A program made the translations under genes and the position numbers. The notes beneath the pieces were generated by a model, which did not search any database, was not told where the DNA came from, and saw nothing but the letters and a program-made list of their open reading frames with translations. From assembly GCA_035306865.1 (NCBI GenBank), contig DATGNG010000214.1:1-24783 (forward strand): a stretch of DNA of 24,783 nt. Direction: 5' to 3'. Below, piece by piece: positions 8,134-16,120 of this stretch. The first letter of the stretch is position 1, and the number at the start of each line of letters is the position of its first letter. The DNA is from Sphingobacteriaceae bacterium. Its GTDB lineage: Bacteria > Bacteroidota > Bacteroidia > Sphingobacteriales > Sphingobacteriaceae.

Positions 8134-10368
8134 ATGAAACAGTTTATTTCTATTCTTTTTGTTGTTATTTCTCCTTTTCTGTTACTTGCGCAGGGAACTT
8201 TGACCGACTATCAACGTGCTGCGGAAATGAAAGAGAAACTGCGGCACAAGCTTTACCATGAGCCTGCCGGAATAGTGTGGGGTGCGGAAGAACATTTTTT
8301 TTACAAAACCCTAACGCCACAAGGTGAACAGTTTTATTTAGTGGATGCCAAAAATCATAATAAAAGGTTACTTTTTGATCCGGCACCTTTTGTCACGGCC
8401 CTTGCGGCCCAGTCAGGTCAGCAGGTGGATGCCAACTCCTTGCCTATCACAAACTTGAAAGTTGATCCTCAATCCATGATAATGGACTTTGTGTCTTTTG
8501 GAAAGCAGTGGCAGTATGATCCTGAAGGTAAGGTGTTGACTGAAGGAGAGGCAGTAACAAGCCGGACGGGACAACAAGGATATTGGGGCAGACGGTTTGA
8601 TGAACGGGAAGGTGATCCCATTCCCTCACCAGATGGGAAATGGAAAGTATATATCAAAAATAGCAATGTCTATGTAAGCCTTGCTAATGGAGAACAGGAA
8701 AAACAGTTGAGTTATGACGGTTCTCCCGGTGAATATTATTCGGCACGTATTTTTTGGTCTTCGGATTCGGAACATCTTGCGGTCAATCGGATTCGACCTG
8801 GAGGGCAACGTACTCTTTATCTGCTCGAATCTTCGCCTCTTGATCAGCTTCAGCCCAAATTGCATACCCGGGATTATCTGAAGCCAGGCGATGCCCTTCA
8901 GCAGAAGCAACCCCATTTATTTCATGTGGACAAGGGTTTGGTCGGCAAGATCGATGCCACACTGATCAGCAATCAGTATAATTTGACCAATCCGGTTTGG
9001 CGTGCCGATGGCCGTGAATTCACGGTGGAGTACAATCAGCGGGGACATCAGCAGTACAGTGTATTCGCATTGGATGAAACCGGTAAAACCAGAGAAGTAA
9101 TTCGCGAAACCAGCCAAACCTTTATACATTATAGTGCCAAGAACTATAGGTATGATGTGTCGGATGGAAAAGAGATTATTTGGGCATCTGAACGGGATGG
9201 ATGGAATCATTTGTATTTATATGATGGAGAGACAGGACGGGTAAAAAATCAAATCACCAGTGGCGAATGGGTTGTGCGGCGAGTAATCCATGTTGATACG
9301 GTTTCCCGAAGGATCCTTTTTGAAGGAAGCGGCCGTCATGCTGATCAGGATCCTTATTTTATCCATTATTATTCCATAGGCTTTGACGGACGTGATCTCC
9401 GGGAGCTAACCACTGAGAACGGTAACCACCGTGCTACTTTTTCACCTGATTACTCTTATTTCATTGACCAATGGTCACGCCTTGACCAACCTTCCAGGAC
9501 GGTACTTAGAAACACCTCTGATGGTCGTATCCTTATGGAATTGGAAGAAGCTGATATTAGCAATCTGCTCGCTACTGGTTGGCAGATGCCAGAGGTTTTT
9601 GCTGCCAAAGGTAGGGATGGCACAACAGATATCTGGGGTATGATCCTCCGTCCATCCAATTTCGACCCCAACAAGAGTTATCCGGTGATCGAATATATCT
9701 ATGCCGGCCCACATGATTCTTTTGTTCCCAAAAATTTTATGGCCGAATCACGAATTGGATTGTTCGAATTGGTTGAGCTTGGATTTATTGTGGTACAAAT
9801 AGATGGCATGGGAACCTCCAATCGTTCCAAAGCCTTTCATGATGTTATATATCAAAACCTGAAAGACAGCGGATTCCCAGATCGAATCCTATGGATGAAA
9901 GCGGCGGCACAAAAATACCCTTATATGGATTTGGATAGGGTGGGAATCTTTGGCAGTTCAGCCGGAGGCCAAAGCTCAGCCGGAGCCTTACTGCACCATC
10001 CCGACTTTTACAAAGTAGCGGTTTCCTCTTCGGGATGCCACGACAACCGAATGGACAAAATATGGTGGAATGAACAGTTTATGGGCTTTCCAATCGGTGA
10101 ACATTATGCTGAATCCTCCAACATCACGCATGCCCACAAATTGGAAGGTAAATTGTTATTGATCTTGGGTGAAATGGATGACAATGTCGATCCCGCCTCT
10201 ACCCTTCAACTGGTCAATGCCATTATCAAAGCCAATAAGTACGTGGATCTTTTGTTTATTCCGGGGATGGGGCACTCAATGGGCGGCGAATATGGTGAAC
10301 ACAGGCGAAGGGACTTCTTTGTCAAGCACCTTATTGGTATAGATCCACCTGAGTGGAATTTGTTTTGA
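8134..10368 (+). CDS. S9 family serine peptidase (DPP-IV-like beta-propeller plus alpha/beta hydrolase), exported
   Basis: 744 aa with signal peptide (..LLLA/Q). Motifs YIYAGP, DGMGT, nucleophile elbow GSSAGG (S609), EMDDNV (D682) and GMGH (H714). Confidence 0.92.
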   Translation: MKQFISILFVVISPFLLLAQGTLTDYQRAAEMKEKLRHKLYHEPAGIVWGAEEHFFYKTLTPQGEQFYLVDAKNHNKRLLFDPAPFVTALAAQSGQQVDANSLPITNLKVDPQSMIMDFVSFGKQWQYDPEGKVLTEGEAVTSRTGQQGYWGRRFDEREGDPIPSPDGKWKVYIKNSNVYVSLANGEQEKQLSYDGSPGEYYSARIFWSSDSEHLAVNRIRPGGQRTLYLLESSPLDQLQPKLHTRDYLKPGDALQQKQPHLFHVDKGLVGKIDATLISNQYNLTNPVWRADGREFTVEYNQRGHQQYSVFALDETGKTREVIRETSQTFIHYSAKNYRYDVSDGKEIIWASERDGWNHLYLYDGETGRVKNQITSGEWVVRRVIHVDTVSRRILFEGSGRHADQDPYFIHYYSIGFDGRDLRELTTENGNHRATFSPDYSYFIDQWSRLDQPSRTVLRNTSDGRILMELEEADISNLLATGWQMPEVFAAKGRDGTTDIWGMILRPSNFDPNKSYPVIEYIYAGPHDSFVPKNFMAESRIGLFELVELGFIVVQIDGMGTSNRSKAFHDVIYQNLKDSGFPDRILWMKAAAQKYPYMDLDRVGIFGSSAGGQSSAGALLHHPDFYKVAVSSSGCHDNRMDKIWWNEQFMGFPIGEHYAESSNITHAHKLEGKLLLILGEMDDNVDPASTLQLVNAIIKANKYVDLLFIPGMGHSMGGEYGEHRRRDFFVKHLIGIDPPEWNLF

Positions 10369-10407
10369 CCTGAGTCTGTTTTAACCTGAGTCTGTTTTAA
10401 CCTGAGT
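10348..10407. repeat. 16-bp tandem repeat spanning the S9 stop codon
   Basis: CCTGAGTCTGTTTTAA exact at 10369-10384 and 10385-10400, partial CCTGAGT at 10401-10407, and a degenerate 21-bp copy CCTGAGTGGAATTTGTTTTGA at 10348-10368 containing the TGA stop. Confidence 0.9.
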
Positions 10408-10420
10408 TTCAATAGCTCAA

Positions 10421-11866
10421 CTATTTAATTCCCATAAAGATCCGGTTCCAGCGGATTTTGTCCAGGAAGGTGCCATGTTGGTCAAGGCTTAGCCAGACAA
10501 ACATGGCCTTGCCTACAATATGATCTTCCGGGACAAAGCCCCAAACCCTCGCATCTTCTGAATTGTGGCGGTTGTCACCCATCATCCAGTAATAGTCCAT
10601 TTGGAAGGTGTATTCGGTCGCCGGTGAGCCGTTGAGATAGTACAGTCCGTCTGCCTCCCGCTGCTCCAGCTCATTGCCCTCATAGACCCGGATGGCACGC
10701 TCATAGATGGGATAACTCATGCTGTCCAGATTGACGGTCCAACCCTTTTGGGGTACAATGACCGGACCGAAATTGTCCATATTCCAGGGGTGGAGCTCAC
10801 TGATTTTATCACGGGTGCTCGGGAAAACACCCAATTCGGGGGTGTTTTCGGGGCGGATCGCCGGGACTATTTTGGAGACATTGGCCCATCCGGCCACTTC
10901 TTCGTAGGTTTTTTCGGTTAGAAAAAGAAGGTAGGGTTCACGGAATTGGAGATTGCTCTCAATCCGAAGGTCGAGTAATCGCTGGGCATTGAGACCAGAC
11001 CCGTCAGTATAGACCAAATATTCCATTTGGCCCTGAGGCGGATTAAAGCCTTTTTCTCCATTGACAAAAACCTGAGCCATCAGAAGGCTGATTGTATCGC
11101 CAGGAATACCGATAGCCCTTTTGATATAATTCTCGCGTTTGTCTATTGGGCGGTTGAATGGGGCATCTGCTTCCATGGGGAAGTTGAATACCACCACATC
11201 ATTTCGTTTGATTTCCTGAAAGCCCGGGAGACGTTTATATCCAATTTTAATCCCTTCCCAGTACGCCTTTCCTCCGGTCAATGGCATAGTGTGATGGGCA
11301 AAGGGGAAGGCTACGGGTGTCATGGGTACCCTGGGACCGTAATTTAGTTTAGAGACGAACAGAAAGTCGCCGACCAACAGGCTTTTTTCCATAGAGCCTG
11401 TAGGGATCATATAAGCCTCTATGAGAAAGCCACGGATCAGGGTTGCGGCAACTACTGCAAATACAATTGCGTCCGCCCACTCGCGGGCAAATGATTTTTT
11501 ATAAGGATGTTTTTCCTTGAATGCCGGAGTAGCCGATTGACCCAGGTACTGCACCTGTTTGTCATTGCCCCAAAGAGGCAAAACGACAAAAGGCAGAAGG
11601 ATCGTAGCCGAATATTCCCAAAAGCGTCTTTTTCCAAAAGATTTGACCAGATCCAGATATAGGCCAAAGAAAATAAAAATATTGACAATAGGGATAAGCA
11701 ATAATGCAAGCCACCAGATCGGCCTTCCTGTAACCTTATGGGAAATGATATGTTCCCTGTACAATGGAATCAGGGATTCCCAGCCGGCCCGCCCAGCTTT
11801 GACAAAAAGTTTCCACAATCCAATATGGATCAGTACTAATAGTATCGCAAAAATCAAATATCCCAT
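10421..11866 (-). CDS. lepB: Signal peptidase I with N-terminal DUF5684-like membrane domain
   Basis: 481 aa. S26 motifs IPTGSMEKSLLVGDFLFVSK (catalytic Ser), ENYIKR (catalytic Lys) and MMGDNRHNSEDARVWGFVP. N-terminus LWKLFVKAGRAGWESLIPLY..FGK resembles DUF5684. Confidence 0.95.
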   Translation of the reverse strand: MGYLIFAILLVLIHIGLWKLFVKAGRAGWESLIPLYREHIISHKVTGRPIWWLALLLIPIVNIFIFFGLYLDLVKSFGKRRFWEYSATILLPFVVLPLWGNDKQVQYLGQSATPAFKEKHPYKKSFAREWADAIVFAVVAATLIRGFLIEAYMIPTGSMEKSLLVGDFLFVSKLNYGPRVPMTPVAFPFAHHTMPLTGGKAYWEGIKIGYKRLPGFQEIKRNDVVVFNFPMEADAPFNRPIDKRENYIKRAIGIPGDTISLLMAQVFVNGEKGFNPPQGQMEYLVYTDGSGLNAQRLLDLRIESNLQFREPYLLFLTEKTYEEVAGWANVSKIVPAIRPENTPELGVFPSTRDKISELHPWNMDNFGPVIVPQKGWTVNLDSMSYPIYERAIRVYEGNELEQREADGLYYLNGSPATEYTFQMDYYWMMGDNRHNSEDARVWGFVPEDHIVGKAMFVWLSLDQHGTFLDKIRWNRIFMGIK

Positions 11867-11915
11867 GGCAAATTGCTATGTTTTGTCAATAGTATTATAA
11901 TAATTATCTCCGGTT

Positions 11916-12662
11916 TCAGTGCTGCCGGAAATCAAACATTTCTCCAATTTCAAAAAATCCTACCTTTCCCTCCAACCATTCAGCAGCCAAAATAGCCCCC
12001 ACCGCAAAACCTTTGCGGTTGTGGGCAGTATGCTTCAGCTCTATCTGATCGATCTCCGAACTGTAGATCACTGTATGTGTGCCCGGCACCTCATCAATAC
12101 GGTGGCTTTCAATCAGTAATTCTCCCGCCTTCGGTATTTTTTCTTCCCCTTCCCCGATCAGATTATTGACCCAGGAGCTTTTGCTGCTATTGTTTTCCAG
12201 GATTCCTTCTGCCAATGTGATGGCTGTACCGCTCGGTGAATCCAGTTTTTGGGTGTGATGGATTTCCTCCACCTGCACCTCATAGCTTTTATAGGGATCC
12301 ATAGCCTTCGCCAATATTTTATTGACATGGAAAAGCACATTGACTCCTATACTAAAATTAGACCCATAAAGCAGTGAATTGTTACCTGCCAAACAAGCTT
12401 CCCGCACTTCATCCAGCGATTCGTGCCAGCCAGTTGTGCCCACTACAATGGGCGTGCCCGCCTCGAAGCAGAGCTGAATATTATCCAAGACCCCTTCAGG
12501 CTGACTGAAATCGATGGCCATTTCCACATCCTGCAAATCTTCCATCGTGAGTTGAGCCCTATTGTTTTTGTCCACGATCAAAGCGATTTCATGGCCGCGT
12601 TGTATTGCAAGCCTTTCGATGAGTTCGCCCATTTTTCCGTAACCAAATAGTGCAATTTTCAT
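11916..12662 (-). CDS. dapB: 4-hydroxy-tetrahydrodipicolinate reductase
   Basis: MKIALFGYGKMG start at 12662 (ATGA overlap with the DUF5683 stop). Motifs IDFS, VVGTTGW, SNFSIGVN, EIHHTQKLDSPSGTA and HTAHNRKGFAVGA. 248 aa. Confidence 0.97.
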   Translation of the reverse strand: MKIALFGYGKMGELIERLAIQRGHEIALIVDKNNRAQLTMEDLQDVEMAIDFSQPEGVLDNIQLCFEAGTPIVVGTTGWHESLDEVREACLAGNNSLLYGSNFSIGVNVLFHVNKILAKAMDPYKSYEVQVEEIHHTQKLDSPSGTAITLAEGILENNSSKSSWVNNLIGEGEEKIPKAGELLIESHRIDEVPGTHTVIYSSEIDQIELKHTAHNRKGFAVGAILAAEWLEGKVGFFEIGEMFDFRQH

Positions 12663-13351
12663 TTTATTGTGATTTTGAGGTTGATTCCGAATACTGGTGC
12701 CGCTGAAACCGATAAGGGGTTGGTATAGGAATAGGCTATGGGCGGTGCAATAATAGTAGGGTTTACCTGAACGCCCAGCACATCTCCGATTTCCCACCTG
12801 TTTTTGAGCATAGAATCTACATAAGCTTCCACCGCATTCAGGGCATACCACCCCAGGGTGATCAGCACCATATAATCCCGGTTTCGCCGATAATAATCTT
12901 TGGCAGTGATCAGGTAACTGGTGCCTTGCTGGTCGGCTGCAATATAATCGTATGGGGAGTCAGGTGGGACTGCATGGTTGTTCGCCAGACGGTATTGCAC
13001 ATCTTTCAAGATGCTTTTATAGTATCGGTTGTTGAATTCGAAGATCAGGCCAGTGGTAGTAAATCCTCCGTAAATGACAGGAACTTTGATCCACCAAAGA
13101 CCTCCATTGGTCACCTGACCCCATCCTGGTACAATGAGGGATCTCTTCCAGGCCATCCGGGTCTTGGCCTCCAGTGCCAGCCGGGCTGAGTCCTTATAGA
13201 CTACGGTCGTGTCTTGCTGCATCGGCATCGGTTGCAACGATGCCAATTCCGGTGGCATAGGTGCCGACAAAACCTCTTCCTTTGCATCGGAAGTGGCCCA
13301 AACCAGCATCAATGCAAAAAGGGTAATTGAGATGAGTGCGCCTTGCCGCAT
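12659..13351 (-). CDS. DUF5683 domain membrane protein
   Basis: Motif SLIVPGWGQ..WWIKVPVIYGG, then YYRRNRD and YALNAVEAYVD. ATG 13351 overlaps the parB TAA (TAATG). N-terminal signal-like hydrophobic segment. Usual Bacteroidota position between parB and dapB. Confidence 0.8.
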   Translation of the reverse strand: MRQGALISITLFALMLVWATSDAKEEVLSAPMPPELASLQPMPMQQDTTVVYKDSARLALEAKTRMAWKRSLIVPGWGQVTNGGLWWIKVPVIYGGFTTTGLIFEFNNRYYKSILKDVQYRLANNHAVPPDSPYDYIAADQQGTSYLITAKDYYRRNRDYMVLITLGWYALNAVEAYVDSMLKNRWEIGDVLGVQVNPTIIAPPIAYSYTNPLSVSAAPVFGINLKITIK

Positions 13352-14298
13352 TACCAATCCAATAATTCCAAAATCCGGTTTAGGTCATCTTCTGAATTAA
13401 ACGGGATTTCAATAGCTCCTTTTCCTTTTTTTTCCTGCAACTTCAATTTCACCCGGGTCGCAAATCGGGAAGCCAGATCGTCTTCGATTTTCTGATATTG
13501 AAAAGACAGGCCAGCGGGCGTTTTTCCGCTGGAATTTTTGATATTTTTCCCTTGCTGGATTTCCCGGACGATCTCTTCGGTTTTTCGGACGGAGAGGCTA
13601 TTTTTTAGCACCTCGCGGAATACGTAAAGCTGCTGGTCCACTTCGGGCAGATTGACCAGGGCACGGGCGTGACCCATACTCAAGTTTCCATCCCGTATGG
13701 CTGCCTGAATGACCGGAGGCAATCTCAATAGTCGAAGATAATTGGTGACCGTCGATCTGTTTTTGCTGACCCGTTCGCCCAGTTCTTCTTGTTTGAGATT
13801 GAGCTCTTCTATCATTCGTTGAAAACTCAGCGCCACTTCAATGGCATTCAGATTTTCCCGTTGAATATTTTCGATCAAGGCCATTTCCAGCATTTGCTGG
13901 TCATTGGCTGTCCTGATATAGGCCGGAATGGTATTAAGACCAGCCAGTTTAGAGGCCCTGAGCCTGCGTTCACCACTGATGAGTTGGTAATTTCCAGATG
14001 CATCCTGCCTCACCGTAATCGGTTGGATCAAACCCTGCATACGGATGGAGTCGGCCAATTCTTCCAGGGCTTCCTGGTCAAAATCGGTCCTGGGTTGGAA
14101 AGGGTTGACTGCGATCCTATTGATTTCGATCTCATAAATTCCACCCGGTCCCGGATAATCCGAATCTTTTGGCATATTACCAGAAAGGGCTGGGGATTTT
14201 TGGCTGCCAGTGTTCGGTCTTGCCAAAACCTCTTCCGAATCATTCAATAGGGCGCTGAGTCCCTTTCCAAGTCCAATTTTTCTTTGTTGTGCAGCCAT
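13351..14298 (-). CDS. parB: ParB/Spo0J chromosome partition protein
   Basis: 315 aa. Motifs GLGKGLSAL, NPFQPR, GLIQPI, ISGERRLRA (CTP-binding box), ALIENIQRENLN, HTH region SKNRSTVTNYLRLL and GHARAL. Confidence 0.97.
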   Translation of the reverse strand: MAAQQRKIGLGKGLSALLNDSEEVLARPNTGSQKSPALSGNMPKDSDYPGPGGIYEIEINRIAVNPFQPRTDFDQEALEELADSIRMQGLIQPITVRQDASGNYQLISGERRLRASKLAGLNTIPAYIRTANDQQMLEMALIENIQRENLNAIEVALSFQRMIEELNLKQEELGERVSKNRSTVTNYLRLLRLPPVIQAAIRDGNLSMGHARALVNLPEVDQQLYVFREVLKNSLSVRKTEEIVREIQQGKNIKNSSGKTPAGLSFQYQKIEDDLASRFATRVKLKLQEKKGKGAIEIPFNSEDDLNRILELLDW

Positions 14299-14299
14299 A

Positions 14300-15097
14300 T
14301 TAAATACTTGCCTCTTCTTTTTCCACCGTGATCAGCCCATTTTTCTGCAATAGTTCTCTTGCCAGATTCAGGTAATTGATTGCACCCTTACTATTGGCAT
14401 CGTGCATGATCACCGATACCCCAAAGCTGGGTGCTTCACTCAAGCGGGTGTTGCGCTGGATGATCGTATCGAAAACCAAATCGTTGAAATGTGATCGTAC
14501 CTCTTCCACAACCTGATTGGCCAAACGTAGCCTGGCATCATACATCGTCAATAATATTCCTTCAATTTCCAGATCTGTATTGAGCCGGTTCTGAACGATT
14601 TTAATGGTGTTCAATAATTTTCCCAAGCCCTCCAATGCAAAATATTCACATTGTACGGGAATAATGACCGAATTGGCCGCTGTGAGGGCATTGATGGTGA
14701 TCAGGCCCAGTGATGGTGAACAGTCGATAATGATAAAATCATATTGATCCTTGACCTGATCAAGCATTTGCCTCATTTTGAATTCCCGTTCATGCAAATT
14801 GATCATTTCGATTTCTGCACCGACCAAATCTATGTGGGCAGGCAGTAAATCAAGATGAGGGGTTTCGGTGGCCTGAATAGCTTCACTGGCAGGTAAACCG
14901 TTTACTATACATTCATAAACGCTTGACTTGATGGTGCGGGGATCAAAGCCCAGTCCCGATGTGGAGTTGGCCTGTGGGTCTGCATCCACCAATAACGTGC
15001 GGTATTCCAATACAGCCAGGCTGGCCGCCAGATTGATGGAGGAAGTTGTTTTTCCGACTCCGCCTTTTTGGTTGGCTATAGCAATGATTTTGCCCAT
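14300..15097 (-). CDS. parA: ParA/Soj ATPase
   Basis: 265 aa. Deviant Walker A NQKGGVGKTT, LVDADPQAN, IDCSPSLG, PVQCEYFALEG and RLSEAPS. Confidence 0.97.
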   Translation of the reverse strand: MGKIIAIANQKGGVGKTTSSINLAASLAVLEYRTLLVDADPQANSTSGLGFDPRTIKSSVYECIVNGLPASEAIQATETPHLDLLPAHIDLVGAEIEMINLHEREFKMRQMLDQVKDQYDFIIIDCSPSLGLITINALTAANSVIIPVQCEYFALEGLGKLLNTIKIVQNRLNTDLEIEGILLTMYDARLRLANQVVEEVRSHFNDLVFDTIIQRNTRLSEAPSFGVSVIMHDANSKGAINYLNLARELLQKNGLITVEKEEASI

Positions 15098-15190
15098 TTC
15101 AATGATATCTAATTGTTTATTTGTATTTTTGGATGCGTAAGGGACGCTGTTCTCCGAGTGCTAAGATACGAATTTAGTATTAAAAGTTTC

Positions 15191-15712
15191 ATGATCACAA
15201 TAATTTCAGGTACAAACCGACCCCAAAGCAATAGTGAAAGACTGGCGGAATATTATGCCAACCGCCTGAGGGAAAAGGGGGCAGCTTCGAGGATTTTGCG
15301 CCTGACAGATCTTCCGGACAATTTTATAAAAGCCGATATGTTCGGCAAAAGAAGCCCGGCTTTTACGCCGATCCAGCAAATTGTCACCGAAACCGAGAAA
15401 TTTATATTTATCATACCCGAATACAACGGCAGTTTTCCCGGAATCCTGAAAACCTTTGTGGACGCCTGTAAATACCCTGACAGTTTTTTCAATAAAAAGG
15501 CAGCCTTGGTGGGTCATTCAACCGGCAAATACGGCAATATCCGGGGGGTGGAGCATTTTACCGGGGTCTGCCATTACATACGCCTGCACGTGTTGCCCCT
15601 GCGGATCCATATCCCAAACATTGTACAGGAATTTGATGAAGCAGGTCGTTTGTTCAAAGCAGATACCGTCCGGTTTACAGATGAACAGCTCGATGAGTTG
15701 ATCGGGTTCTAA
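15191..15712 (+). CDS. NADPH-dependent FMN reductase (flavodoxin-like fold)
   Basis: Start moved to ATG 15191 (MITIISGTNRPQS). PEYNGSFPGILK and KKAALVG..G..G motifs. 173 aa. Confidence 0.9.
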   Translation: MITIISGTNRPQSNSERLAEYYANRLREKGAASRILRLTDLPDNFIKADMFGKRSPAFTPIQQIVTETEKFIFIIPEYNGSFPGILKTFVDACKYPDSFFNKKAALVGHSTGKYGNIRGVEHFTGVCHYIRLHVLPLRIHIPNIVQEFDEAGRLFKADTVRFTDEQLDELIGF

Positions 15713-15769
15713 ATTAGTGGCCAATAACGTTTCCCTATACGTTTGAGTATATTCAATCGATCGAATCAT
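15713..15769 (-). pseudogene. Possible N-terminal stub of a RelE/YafQ-like toxin
   Basis: ATG 15769 lies 11 nt after the stop of the antitoxin-like ORF and reads MIRSIEYTQTYRETLLATN. This resembles the usual RelE/YafQ beta1-alpha1 start (M..IEYT..F+..L), then the frame runs antisense into the FMN reductase. Only 19 independent codons. Confidence 0.3.
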
Positions 15770-15780
15770 AAAAAGGGGTG

Positions 15781-15927
15781 CTATTGACCTGATCCCGGAA
15801 TACCCTGGGATAATATTTCACGGTGGGACCTGAATTTTTTTACCTGACCATCAGCAATATCCGATTCGGCTTTTTCCAATAGAATTTGTTCTTGCTCGTT
15901 GATATTCGCTACAGGATCTGGTGTCAT
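15781..15927 (-). CDS. Small (48 aa) antitoxin-like protein, not in the ORF track
   Basis: Hand translation: MTPDPVANINEQEQILLEKAESDIADGQVKKFRSHREILSQGIPGSGQ*. The LLEKAESDIADGQVKKF.S..EIL stretch resembles toxin-binding C-termini of type II antitoxins. A canonical promoter lies 20 nt upstream. Confidence 0.55.
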   Translation of the reverse strand: MTPDPVANINEQEQILLEKAESDIADGQVKKFRSHREILSQGIPGSGQ

Positions 15928-15947
15928 TTTGAGACTTATTCTCCCTA

Positions 15948-15978
15948 CAAACTTACCAAAGTTTGGTGTTCTTTCAAA
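15948..15978 (-). promoter_or_regulatory. Canonical Bacteroidota promoter (-33 TTTG / N19 / -7 TAAGTTTG) for the 48-aa ORF
   Basis: Plus strand CAAACTTA (15948-15955) and CAAA (15975-15978), 19-nt spacer. The palindrome TTCTTT-C-AAAGAA (15969-15981) overlaps the -33 box. Confidence 0.7.
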
Positions 15979-16120
15979 GAAGAACTATAAATAAATCTTT
16001 AAACTGCATATGGGTTGTGCCTGCCCAATAAATCATAACGAACCACTCGGTTGAGAACTCAGCTGCTAATGTGTTATGGTTTGCTGCTGTGATTTATTTT
16101 TTATTATTGGCAATATTATA

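Noticed and set aside
1-10368. Impression that the Hyp block is lower in GC than the core genes and so horizontally acquired
   Set aside because: Spot counts overlapped between the blocks. A sliding-window GC and codon-usage calculation is needed before making the claim.
10348-10407. Possible mini-CRISPR array
   Set aside because: Units are 16 bp and directly abutting with no unique spacers, and no cas genes are present. It is a simple tandem repeat.
12663-12851. 63-aa N-terminal extension of dapB with CPEC and further Cys, resembling a zinc finger
   Set aside because: It lies entirely inside the DUF5683 gene in another frame. The canonical DapB start MKIALFGYGKMG at 12662 forms an ATGA overlap with the DUF5683 stop.
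15113-15190. Longer start for the FMN reductase
   Set aside because: The extra 26 codons occupy the divergent promoter region next to parA, and family similarity begins at MITIISGTNR (15191).
15518-15712. Full 83-aa ORF 15518-15769 as an intact toxin (LIELFICKP looks toxin-like)
   Set aside because: Codons after residue 19 are antisense to the conserved FMN reductase C-terminus, and no RelE catalytic Arg/His/Tyr motifs follow. Only the stub is kept, at low confidence.
16034-16078. Possible structured sRNA (CATAAC..GTTATG closing short inner hairpins) in the TA intergenic region
   Set aside because: Inner stems are 3-4 bp with implausibly small loops, and there is no dedicated terminator or recognisable RNA family.
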